In this document: in pieces, positions 9,366 through 17,827 of the stretch
Position numbering within the stretch: the stretch's first letter is position 1
Layout: each line of letters opens with the position of its first letter
Origin: a virus
Taxonomy: Duplodnaviria > Caudoviricetes
Reading direction: 5' to 3' (one strand)
Virus record (IMG/VR): IMGVR_UViG_3300044788_000047
Location: 1-62,705 of that record
Length of the DNA stretch: 62,705 bases
Made by a program: the position numbers and the translations under genes
Notes under the pieces: generated by a model
Databases searched by the model: none
What the model saw: the letters and a program-made list of their open reading frames with translations, nothing else
What the model was told of the DNA's origin: nothing

Positions 9366-10358
9366 TTAGCTTATCCCAGGGAGCGAGAGCGCGAGATGTG
9401 GGAAGCGGGTGGCGTCATCCGTCCACGCCCCGCCTGCTCGCGACGTGGCGATAGCGGCCACCCCGGCGGCTTGGATCGCCGCCGACATGGTCGTGCAGAA
9501 CAGTTTGAGACTCCCTGTCGTCGTCTGATACGCTGTGAGCCGGTAAGCGTCACCTTTCACGAGCGGGACATCGGTGGGCCACGCAACATAAGGATGGAAG
9601 GTGCCCGACTCCGAGTGTTGCTGGTCCGTCAACGCCTTCGAGGCGAGTAACGACCCGGCATCAGTATAGAGACGGATCTCGTAGTCGGCGTTTGTCAACA
9701 GCGCCATCACGGCACCGGCACACATCGCGTTGAACGGCATCACCAATCGACCCCCGACCTCGGACCCGATGGCCGACGCCGTGAGGGGCGCGTACATGCT
9801 CGTGGTGCCATCGCCGAACCACGTCGCCGCCGGGTACACGTAGTCCCCGTCGAGCGCCAGCGCCACCATGGGCTTATTGGTTGTCTTGCCCCACGCCGGC
9901 TCTGGAGACGCACCGAGGGTATAGGATTCTCCATCTCCTAGCACACCAGCGTTGTTGAGGTTCACGAAACCGCCGCCGAGCGTATTGAGACGTCGCACCA
10001 TGAGCGCGATCGGCTCGCCGACGGCGACTGTCCGTGTGCCTCCCCCATCGGCCCCGGTGTCTGTCGGCGACAGATCCATCCAGGTCGGACTCGCCGAGGG
10101 TACAACGAAATCACGATAGTAGGTTTCGGCGGCGACAGGGAATCCGGTTGTGAGATCCACGAGCCGCACAGACACGCGCACGGTATCGGCAGGCCCGCTT
10201 AGTTGCAAACCGATCTTTGTAATGTCGCCGGAGAAGGGAGCTCGGAACACAAAACCGCTTGTACCACTCGAGGCAATCGCCTTCGACGCCTGCGACGCGA
10301 GAATAAAGTTCTGCGGGCCAGTGGGCCACCACACGCCGCCGCCGACGGCCAGCGCCAT
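9366..10358 (-). CDS. Virion accessory beta-sandwich protein, paralogue of the N-terminus of 7779-9365
   Basis: Shared pattern WP..P.NF...G.V..AP..G.I...G.P...VG.....P......G......D..I..Y..AG..L.S..L...GG.W. Confidence 0.6.
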   Translation of the reverse strand: MALAVGGGVWWPTGPQNFILASQASKAIASSGTSGFVFRAPFSGDITKIGLQLSGPADTVRVSVRLVDLTTGFPVAAETYYRDFVVPSASPTWMDLSPTDTGADGGGTRTVAVGEPIALMVRRLNTLGGGFVNLNNAGVLGDGESYTLGASPEPAWGKTTNKPMVALALDGDYVYPAATWFGDGTTSMYAPLTASAIGSEVGGRLVMPFNAMCAGAVMALLTNADYEIRLYTDAGSLLASKALTDQQHSESGTFHPYVAWPTDVPLVKGDAYRLTAYQTTTGSLKLFCTTMSAAIQAAGVAAIATSRAGGAWTDDATRFPHLALSLPGIS

Positions 10359-10381
10359 CTATCGCTCGAGCATCCGGGCGG

Positions 10382-10795
10382 TCAGCAGCCCGTCCACGAG
10401 AAAATCCCCGCGTCATTCCACCCGGTCGGGATGTCGCCGCCGTCCGGCGTCTTCGGCAGGAGCCCCGCAATGGTGTCGAAGAGCGCGATCAGGTAGGAGG
10501 TCGCGGCGACCCCCGTGTCCTGATAGAGTCCAATATAGACGACCTCGTCGCCGCTGACAGCCGGGTAGGTGACGTTGTCCGCGTCGAAGACGCCGGCTGC
10601 ACTGACCGTCTTGCCCGTGAGTGCCACTGCGGTGCCCACGATCGCGCCACCGGGAATGTCCGACAGGAACTCGTCCGTCGCGAGGTTCGGCGTGTAGGCG
10701 GCCGAGAGGAGGACGGCCTTGATCGTGTCCGTGAGCAGGTCGATCTGCTTCGTGAGAAAGGCCCGGTGCGCCTTCCCATAGAGCGCGTTGGCGAT
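10382..10795 (-). CDS. Small minor tail/fibre-associated protein with probable ATC start (137 aa)
   Basis: GAGGAGG-N8-ATC GCC AAC GCG CTC TAT; reads (M)ANALYGK...IDLLTDTIKAVLL...FDADNVT...LIALFD...PDGGDI...WN..GIF, a pattern I recognise from phage minor tail proteins. The ORF track starts 52 codons downstream. Confidence 0.7.
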   Translation of the reverse strand: MANALYGKAHRAFLTKQIDLLTDTIKAVLLSAAYTPNLATDEFLSDIPGGAIVGTAVALTGKTVSAAGVFDADNVTYPAVSGDEVVYIGLYQDTGVAATSYLIALFDTIAGLLPKTPDGGDIPTGWNDAGIFSWTGC

Positions 10796-10811
10796 GGCTA
10801 GGTCCTCCTCA

Positions 10812-12779
10812 TCACGGATTCGTCCCGATGTACCCGTGATAGCGGATCCGATGCCCGCGCCCGCGCAGGCGCCGCGCGCAGAAGAGCGGCGTCAGCCACC
10901 CGAGCGTCTGCTGATCCAGGTACGACTGATCCAGGATGAAGCTCGAACTTTTCCCCTGGAGGGGAATCTTCAACTGCGTCGGCTGGAGGACCCCGTCGAT
11001 GTAGACGTCGATCGTCAGAAACCAGGCGCCGACGGGTAGCCCTTCGACGATCAAGAAATGGTAGTTCTTCTGCGAGACTTTGTATTGGTCGCCGAGGTGC
11101 TGGAAGTTGTCGTCCCAGGTCTCCCACTCACTCCGGTAGGGGACATTCACGTCAGCGTAAATCGCCTGGTAGCAGAGTTTGATGATGCCGCCCGACCCGC
11201 TCGCGATGGGCGTGCGGCTCCCGTCGATGTTGATATGCAGACACAGTCCCTCGCATTCAGGAAAGGTCGAGTGGTGGAAGCGAATGCCGAAGTCGGGCAG
11301 CCGCTTGATGTTCATTTTGAGACGCAGGTTGTTGACGAGGGAGCCCTTCTTGCTGAAGCCGCCCCACAACTCCTCGATCTGGTCGAAATAGATCAACTGA
11401 CAAAACGGCAGTCGCCCCTTGTCTACGTTATCTTCGAGAAATTGAGCATAGGTCTCTTGCGAAATCGAGGAGGCGTTGACGTCGCCGAGCTGATAGGCCG
11501 CGGTCTTCGACATCCGATGCCACGAGCCGTCCGGCGCGATAAAGATCACGTCGTCATAGAACTGGCTCTGGTCCGACCCCTGAATGACGGTGATCGCCAA
11601 GGGCCCCACGCACCCGACCGCGTTCGTGTGTTCATTCACCGTCCACTGGGTCACATCGAGGCTGCTCGTGTCGATCCGGTAGATACCCCGGGGCTTCTTG
11701 TAGATCCACCCCTGGCCACGCCAAGACACGCCCGCCGTGATGCCATCCCCCTTGCCGGTGAAGATCGGGATCGTGATGGGATTCGAGAGAAAGTCCTCGT
11801 GGTCGGTCCTCGAGGAGACGTACAAGACATGGACGTTGTTCGTGTTCCCAAAGCACGCAAGGCGACCTTCCATGAGGAACCCGGCCGTCGGCTGGTTGTC
11901 GAGGCTCCAGTCGAGCGGCGGGCGGCTGATCCGATGCACGGAGCGCGTCGAGTTGTAGACCGGCGCGACGCGATGCGTCTCGGTGCCATCGTTGCCGGTT
12001 TGGCCATCTGAGAAATTGTCCGTATAGTCGGTGGTCCCGTTGTCATCGAGTGTGTGGAGAAAGATCGGCGGTGGCGTGATGAGCGCCGTCCCGGGATCGT
12101 AGGCGATGCTCCGGAAGATCCGGCGAAACGTCGTTCCATCGGGCCCGGTCGGCACGAACAGTTGCACCCGCGCGCGATTGCCGTTGGCAATGACCACACT
12201 GGTCACCGGCCCGGCCGCGGTCTCGCCGCGCGCATTGCCGAAGACATAGGTGTAGTCGTGCTGGCCGAGGTTGATCGCGCCCTCAGTCTCTAGCACGGTC
12301 GCGCCCAGGGGCACGGTCGGGTCCGCGAGCCCCGTATCGGTCGTGGCATCCCCGCTGAGCACTTGCGGCGGACCCCCACCGAAGAGGATGAGCTTCGGGG
12401 GATAGCCCGCGATCTCGGAGCCGCATTCGACAGGGACCATGAGCCGATCCGGCTTGAGTCCGGCGACGAGGCGCATGTAGGTACGCCCGTCGTCCTGACT
12501 GATGTGGATGGTGCCATCGCGACCGCAGGCGACCATCCGGGACGTATCGGGATACGGGAAATACTGGTGGATCGTGCCGACAACCGGGCTGTCTTGCAAC
12601 GGAAACTCGACCATCATCCGAGTCCCCGGCTCCGTCTCCCACAGGTCGTTTTCGAGCGTGCAGTTGATGAGGGCCTTGAGAAACTTTGGGCCGGCCACGT
12701 TGACCGCGTTCGGGTTCATCGTGGCGTACTCGGCCCCTTGGCCGGCGCGCTGCGGGAGGAGGAGCTCCCTGTACCCCAT
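10812..12779 (-). CDS. Tail tubular protein B / P22 gp10-like nozzle (stabilisation) protein
   Basis: 655 aa, beta-rich; F.MEGRL, LYVS, GDGITAG, VGCVGP..I, DVIFIAPDG, SI; follows the adaptor gene. Confidence 0.75.
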   Translation of the reverse strand: MGYRELLLPQRAGQGAEYATMNPNAVNVAGPKFLKALINCTLENDLWETEPGTRMMVEFPLQDSPVVGTIHQYFPYPDTSRMVACGRDGTIHISQDDGRTYMRLVAGLKPDRLMVPVECGSEIAGYPPKLILFGGGPPQVLSGDATTDTGLADPTVPLGATVLETEGAINLGQHDYTYVFGNARGETAAGPVTSVVIANGNRARVQLFVPTGPDGTTFRRIFRSIAYDPGTALITPPPIFLHTLDDNGTTDYTDNFSDGQTGNDGTETHRVAPVYNSTRSVHRISRPPLDWSLDNQPTAGFLMEGRLACFGNTNNVHVLYVSSRTDHEDFLSNPITIPIFTGKGDGITAGVSWRGQGWIYKKPRGIYRIDTSSLDVTQWTVNEHTNAVGCVGPLAITVIQGSDQSQFYDDVIFIAPDGSWHRMSKTAAYQLGDVNASSISQETYAQFLEDNVDKGRLPFCQLIYFDQIEELWGGFSKKGSLVNNLRLKMNIKRLPDFGIRFHHSTFPECEGLCLHINIDGSRTPIASGSGGIIKLCYQAIYADVNVPYRSEWETWDDNFQHLGDQYKVSQKNYHFLIVEGLPVGAWFLTIDVYIDGVLQPTQLKIPLQGKSSSFILDQSYLDQQTLGWLTPLFCARRLRGRGHRIRYHGYIGTNP

Positions 12780-14026
12780 CAGTACGCCGGCTCCTCTCGG
12801 GTCCGCGTCCGGTTGCCCGACACGCCGAGGAGCTTCTGGTCCTCATCGGCTCCCATGAGTTCCCGCTCCTCCTTCCACTTCCGCTCCCACGTGACGGCGC
12901 GCGAGTCGTTCTTCATCTCGAGCAGGTGGAAGAGCACGCCATCGGCGAGCACCCAGCGCCAGTTCCTCGGGACGAGGATCTCCGACACGCCGAGGGTCTG
13001 CGAGAGGTCGCGTGCGACGATGGTGTGGTAGATTTCGACGAACCCGTCCTGGCTGGGAAAGTGGGAGAACCGGAGCCGAGTGTCGCTCACACGGGCGTAC
13101 TTGTAGGGCGGCCATGTGGGGTTCGGCGGATCCGGGTAGTGGTCCGTCAACCACGAGACCGTGACAGGCCCCTCGATCTCGCGGCCTGACGAGGGCCCCT
13201 TCGGCTGCATGGTGATGATCTGGCGCACGCCACCGGCCGTGTCGAGCTGCGGCGGCCGCTGGGCGGCGGTGATCGGCCCGATCGTGACGAGATCGCCCGC
13301 GTCGGCCACGTTGTAGGCGTAGGTCGTCGTCACGTTGTCCGCGAGCGTCGCGATCAGGAAGAATCGCGTGCCGCCTGCCTCGGTGGCGTAGAGGTTGCGG
13401 TAGGTCGTGCCCGGCGGCCCAACCGGAATGTTCGTGATGTTGAGCACCGACGCCACCGCGAACGTGATGGACGCGGGCGGGCCCGCCATGTTCTCCCCAA
13501 AGTCGTTGCCAAAGGACACCACGACGGAGCGCGGGCCGAGGTCCACGAGACCGCCGCCGCCGCTGGTGAGCGTGGGCGCCGTCGGGGTCTCCTGGATGCT
13601 CGTCAGGTCGTATTCGTCCCTGTAGACCGTGACCCCCAGGCCGGCAAACGGCGCGATCAGGAACGGCGACTCGAGCGTCACGAGCGCGGAGCCGGCCACG
13701 TGCGAGAAGATCCGCACGCCATAGGTGACGCCGGGGGCCAGGATCTTGAACCCAGTGAGGTTCTGCGCGACGACCGCACCCAAGATCGCCGTGTAGCCGG
13801 AGGACCAGGTCAGCGTGGTCGCGATCGGCCCGTAGAGCCTCAGCATGAGCGGGGTGGCCGCCCGGGCGAAAAGCCACGGCTTGTAGTTGAGAAGCTCCTG
13901 GTAAGCCCGATCGCCGGCGCGCGCGGACATGCCGAAGAACTCGCTGACGTCCAGGCCGGTCTCTTCTTCGGCCCGGTCCATGGCGTCAGCTCGAATGAGC
14001 GGCCAGGTGTCGAAGCTGCCGGACAT
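12779..14026 (-). CDS. Tail tubular protein A / head-tail adaptor
   Basis: N-terminal helices (RAYQELL..KPWLF); C-terminal P.KY...LRF...P......EI.H...LVP..WR.VLADG pattern; position. Confidence 0.7.
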   Translation of the reverse strand: MSGSFDTWPLIRADAMDRAEEETGLDVSEFFGMSARAGDRAYQELLNYKPWLFARAATPLMLRLYGPIATTLTWSSGYTAILGAVVAQNLTGFKILAPGVTYGVRIFSHVAGSALVTLESPFLIAPFAGLGVTVYRDEYDLTSIQETPTAPTLTSGGGGLVDLGPRSVVVSFGNDFGENMAGPPASITFAVASVLNITNIPVGPPGTTYRNLYATEAGGTRFFLIATLADNVTTTYAYNVADAGDLVTIGPITAAQRPPQLDTAGGVRQIITMQPKGPSSGREIEGPVTVSWLTDHYPDPPNPTWPPYKYARVSDTRLRFSHFPSQDGFVEIYHTIVARDLSQTLGVSEILVPRNWRWVLADGVLFHLLEMKNDSRAVTWERKWKEERELMGADEDQKLLGVSGNRTRTREEPAY

Positions 14027-14074
14027 GCTACAGCCTCCAAACGGCCGCGAGAGGGCCGAAGGTGAAGTACCTTC

Positions 14075-14566
14075 CTATTGCTCGACGGCTCCCTTCACGG
14101 TGCCCTTGCCGCCGCCGCTAGTCGGCTCGCCCGCCATAGGGTAGCCAGGCTTGGCGATGTCGGCCGTGCCCGTCCGCTCCTTGCCATAGCCGGTGTGCTT
14201 CGACATGCCGCCCCAGGCGGCCATCGCGCCGTCCGCGACCTCCGCCCCGCCCTTGACGTTCTCGTTGACCGAGCTGGCTGGCGTCCCGAAGCCCGAAGCG
14301 TCCTTCGTCTGCCCGGCGCCCGTCGCCGACTGCAAACCGGCTGGATCGTTCGGGTAGTGGTTCGGCGACACGTAGTCGCGCGCTCGGCCCTGCACGAGCG
14401 ACTCTGGCCCGCCATCGCCGCCCTTCTCGACGGCCTTGTGCGCGCCCGAGACGCCGCCGCCCGAGCCTGCGAGACTATGATGCCCAGCGACGTCGTGCGT
14501 GAGCGTGCCGCCCTTGCGGCGATCGGGGGTCTTGCCTTGTCCGCCCTTGACGGGTTCGTCGGCCAT
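14075..14566 (-). CDS. Gly-rich low-complexity hypothetical protein (163 aa)
   Basis: ATG at 14566 after AAGGAG RBS; late operon. Confidence 0.6.
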   Translation of the reverse strand: MADEPVKGGQGKTPDRRKGGTLTHDVAGHHSLAGSGGGVSGAHKAVEKGGDGGPESLVQGRARDYVSPNHYPNDPAGLQSATGAGQTKDASGFGTPASSVNENVKGGAEVADGAMAAWGGMSKHTGYGKERTGTADIAKPGYPMAGEPTSGGGKGTVKGAVEQ

Positions 14567-14577
14567 GGATCCTCTCC

Positions 14578-15072
14578 TTATGCGGGGATGTCGATCGCCC
14601 GGAGGTCCGGGTCCCCGTCGATGTAGGTGACGTTGGTGACGTCGAGAGCCGTCGTGCCTGGAACGAAGGACGGCGGCAGGATGATGGAGCAGATCGTCGC
14701 CGTCGCCACCGAGCGCGTCGGCGGATTCTCTTTCGCCTCCGCGAGGGTAGCAAACGGACCGCTGAAGAGAATGCTGACCGTACCGTCCTTGTCGAGTTGC
14801 ACGCGAAGGTGGAGCCACTGGCCGGCCGCGGTGGTCGGAATGTTGAACCCCGTGATGACCTGCGCGGAGAGGTCCGCCTTGAGGTAGCGCACGCCGTTGA
14901 TCTCGAAGACGATCCCGCCCGAGGGCACGACGGTCGTCTTGAAGGTCGCCGCGCTGCCGCTGTTGACCGCCGGCACGCACTGGGAATGCACCCGGTTGAC
15001 GAGGGCGACCAGCACGGCCGCGAGCGCCCCCTGGTTGACGCCCCGACCCGTCAGTACCGCCTGTCTGCCCAT
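14578..15072 (-). CDS. Putative head decoration protein
   Basis: 164 aa beta-rich, AAGGAG RBS, near the MCP; ends FVPGTTALD. Confidence 0.5.
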   Translation of the reverse strand: MGRQAVLTGRGVNQGALAAVLVALVNRVHSQCVPAVNSGSAATFKTTVVPSGGIVFEINGVRYLKADLSAQVITGFNIPTTAAGQWLHLRVQLDKDGTVSILFSGPFATLAEAKENPPTRSVATATICSIILPPSFVPGTTALDVTNVTYIDGDPDLRAIDIPA

Positions 15073-15099
15073 GACGACTCCTTTCGTGGACCGGGTGAG

Positions 15100-15636
15100 C
15101 TAGTCGCCCACCACGTCCTTCATGTCTTTCAGGACGGCGGCGCCCTGATCGGGGTTGACTCGTGTCCCCTTCTTGAGGTCTCGATAGCGTTTGACCACCT
15201 CGAGCGCATCAGGTTCGCCGCGCACCTCGTAGATAGGCGTGCCGTCGCGATCATCCCGCAGCCGGAAGAAATAGAGGATGTGGTCAAGGTGTTCGACCAG
15301 CACGAACCGCTTGCCGTCTGCCGTCCAGCCGTCCCGCCGGCGTCGGCCCTTGTTGTCCACCGCCGCGAAGTCGTAGTCGGTGTAGCCGGCGTCCGACTTT
15401 CGCTTGTTGAGATGCACGATGGTGCTCGCCTCGGGATTGGGCTCGTCCGCCTGAAGCCGCTGCCCGACGGTCTCCATGAGCATGGTGCCCTTGACGCGCT
15501 CGGTCTTGTGGGGGTGCATCCCGAGATAGACGATCCGCACCTCGATGGACGGGAAGCTCTCGCCCATCGCCTCCGCCGAGAGGGTCTGCTCGGTCGTCAG
15601 CCGCTTCTCCTCTGCTGCCGTCGCCGCTCGTGCCAT
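15100..15636 (-). CDS. Hypothetical protein
   Basis: 178 aa, AGGAG RBS, late operon. Confidence 0.65.
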   Translation of the reverse strand: MARAATAAEEKRLTTEQTLSAEAMGESFPSIEVRIVYLGMHPHKTERVKGTMLMETVGQRLQADEPNPEASTIVHLNKRKSDAGYTDYDFAAVDNKGRRRRDGWTADGKRFVLVEHLDHILYFFRLRDDRDGTPIYEVRGEPDALEVVKRYRDLKKGTRVNPDQGAAVLKDMKDVVGD

Positions 15637-15639
15637 GGT

Positions 15640-16833
15640 CTAACTCTCCTGTGAGGCCGCGTGCAAGCGGCCCGCGGCGAACAGCGCCACGATCGCCTGC
15701 TGCGGCATGTGAAACGTCGGACTCCCCAACGAGTTGACGGCCGCGACGATCGCGACGCCGACCCACATCAGATCCCTGTCCTGTCCGGTCCCCATCAGCA
15801 CCCAGGCGCCTCGGCTGAGACGCCAGACCCACCAGCCGACCAGCGCCACGCCGACCAGGCCGAACTCAAACCAGAGCTGGAGCGGCTCGTTGTGGGCCTG
15901 CATGGTGACGGGGGACCCGATCGCGCCGGCCTTCTGAGCCTGCTCATTGACCACGATCGACCAGAGCCTCCACGAGCCGGGCCCGTTCCCGACCACCCAA
16001 TGCTGCCGCAGATCCGGCCAGGCGTTCGCCCACACGGCCGTCCGGCCAGACGTGGCCGTCGAGAGCAGGGTGTCGCCGTGACTGTCCGGCCGCTGGATAT
16101 GCTGCACGCTCACCGCGACGATCAGCACCACGAGCGCCGCGCCCATGACGGGCCGCCACGATGAGGGCAGATCGCGCCAGGACATCAGCGCCAATCCGGC
16201 CGCGCCGGAGACCACGGGGCCGATGTTGCCGGTCGCGACGGTGCCGGCGACCACCAGTAGCGCCCACCAGCGACCACCGAGCGCGTAGACGACCGGCACG
16301 CCGAGCGCCAGGTAGGCGCCCCAGAAGTTCGGATGCGTGAGCCAGCCCATCGGCTTCCCGACGAATGCCTTGAGCAGTGTCGGCGTGCCTTGCGACGTCG
16401 TGACCCCGAGCCAGCGCAAGGGGTCGCCGAGGACATTCGGGCTCGGGTAGAACTCGAAGAGATTCATACCGCCGAGGATGCCTTGAATCGCCACGCCAAC
16501 CACGAGTGCCCAGGCGCAGCGGGTCGCCGCCACTTCCGACAGGGCCGCCGCTTCGACATAGAGCAGCGCCGCCATCACGAGGACGAACAACACCTGGAAC
16601 CCACGGATGGGGACGCCCGCCCACAGCACATGCGCCAGGGTCCATCCCAGAAAGAGGGCGACCGGCCAACTCGCCCGGCCGACCCACCGAAGCAGCAGCA
16701 GGCCGGCCGCCACCAGCATGTACGCGATGATGGCGCCGCGCTCGGGCACGAGCGCGAGGTTGAAGGGCAGCGGGAGGGCGAGGCTCCCGAGGAGCCCCAC
16801 CCAGACCGCCGGCCAGAGCGGGCGCGGTGTCAT
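15640..16833 (-). CDS. O-antigen ligase / O-oligosaccharyltransferase-like (Wzy_C family) polytopic membrane protein
   Basis: About 11-12 hydrophobic segments; G.L.HPNF.GAYL; SGR..VW..AW......W..GNGPGSW; QAHNEPLQLWFEFGLVG with the conserved Arg and His of the periplasmic loop. Confidence 0.85.
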   Translation of the reverse strand: MTPRPLWPAVWVGLLGSLALPLPFNLALVPERGAIIAYMLVAAGLLLLRWVGRASWPVALFLGWTLAHVLWAGVPIRGFQVLFVLVMAALLYVEAAALSEVAATRCAWALVVGVAIQGILGGMNLFEFYPSPNVLGDPLRWLGVTTSQGTPTLLKAFVGKPMGWLTHPNFWGAYLALGVPVVYALGGRWWALLVVAGTVATGNIGPVVSGAAGLALMSWRDLPSSWRPVMGAALVVLIVAVSVQHIQRPDSHGDTLLSTATSGRTAVWANAWPDLRQHWVVGNGPGSWRLWSIVVNEQAQKAGAIGSPVTMQAHNEPLQLWFEFGLVGVALVGWWVWRLSRGAWVLMGTGQDRDLMWVGVAIVAAVNSLGSPTFHMPQQAIVALFAAGRLHAASQES

Positions 16834-16835
16834 GT

Positions 16836-17798
16836 CTAGTAGTCGTTACCTAATTCTTCGCCGATGATGTAGAGATACCCGCTGCCGCAGTTGGCGTTGC
16901 AGATCCCCGCGCCGAACCCGACGTGATAGACGACCGTTTTCTTCGTCCCGTCGCCCACGAAGGGGATGCGGTTGTACACGCCCGCGTGCGTGCCGATCGC
17001 GCCGACGATGCCGTTGGACAACAGGTGGCCCGAGTGGAAGGACGCGGCGTAGTAGTCGATGAGCGTGGCGGTGGATGCCGAGAATGTCGCCGTACACGGC
17101 AGCCAGCCGAGAGTGGCCAGCGTGACGCCGCCCGTGCTATCGGCGACTTTGGTGACGCCCGAGGCGCAGAATCCCTTCGGGTCAGTTTCGAGAATCCCCG
17201 CGATCACATGCGAGCCCGCCCCGGTGGCGGTCACCTGAATCGCGACGTCGCGCACCAGGAAGCCCTTCGGAATCGTCACGCCGGAGTTGGTGTACGACGT
17301 GCCCGACGAGGACGCCCCAGCCGAGAACGGGATCTGGATGATCTTCTCGTTGCCTTGCTGGTCGAGAATCATGTAATGTCCGGCGCTCCCAGCGGGCGTG
17401 TAGCCTGAGAGCCTGGAACGCGCCCGCTTGGACCAAGCGATCACATCCACGGAGGTCACCGAGACGGCCGTGTAGAACGCGCAGGACTGGCCTTGACTCG
17501 AGAAGAGCGCCGCGGCCGTGATCGGATTGGCAGCGGCAGTCGAGAGGGTGGCATCGGTGTAGATCGTGGCGAGCGTGTCCGACCCGGCGGTGTAGACGAA
17601 GCACCGGGCGGTCGTGTCGGTGAGCGGCTGGTTTCGTTCGTCTCGGAGCTGGAACCACCAGAACATCGAGCTGCCGAGTGGCTGGGCGCTGACCTCGGCG
17701 GTGCGGATCTGCATGTGCGGCGTGATCGCAGGGGCCAGCGGCAGCAGTACGAACGCCAGTGCCAGGAGGCCCATCAGGATGCGCTTCGTCATCGTCAT
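16836..17798 (-). CDS. Head decoration-like protein with N-terminal signal peptide and 6 Cys
   Basis: Immediately follows the MCP; MTMTKRILMGLLALAFVLLPLAPA leader; VYTAGSDTLATIYTD...ANPI motif seen in virion-binding N-terminal domains. Confidence 0.6.
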   Translation of the reverse strand: MTMTKRILMGLLALAFVLLPLAPAITPHMQIRTAEVSAQPLGSSMFWWFQLRDERNQPLTDTTARCFVYTAGSDTLATIYTDATLSTAAANPITAAALFSSQGQSCAFYTAVSVTSVDVIAWSKRARSRLSGYTPAGSAGHYMILDQQGNEKIIQIPFSAGASSSGTSYTNSGVTIPKGFLVRDVAIQVTATGAGSHVIAGILETDPKGFCASGVTKVADSTGGVTLATLGWLPCTATFSASTATLIDYYAASFHSGHLLSNGIVGAIGTHAGVYNRIPFVGDGTKKTVVYHVGFGAGICNANCGSGYLYIIGEELGNDY

Positions 17799-17827
17799 TC
17801 CCCCTTCGGCCCGTGGCCGCCTGGTTG

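Noticed and set aside
10795-10821. +1 frameshift fusing tube B to the next gene (..GTNP-DEEDLAIANALY)
   Set aside because: The site is CCG-TGA rather than the shift-prone CCC-stop. A strong Shine-Dalgarno at ideal spacing from ATC explains the downstream frame more simply. Not fully excluded.
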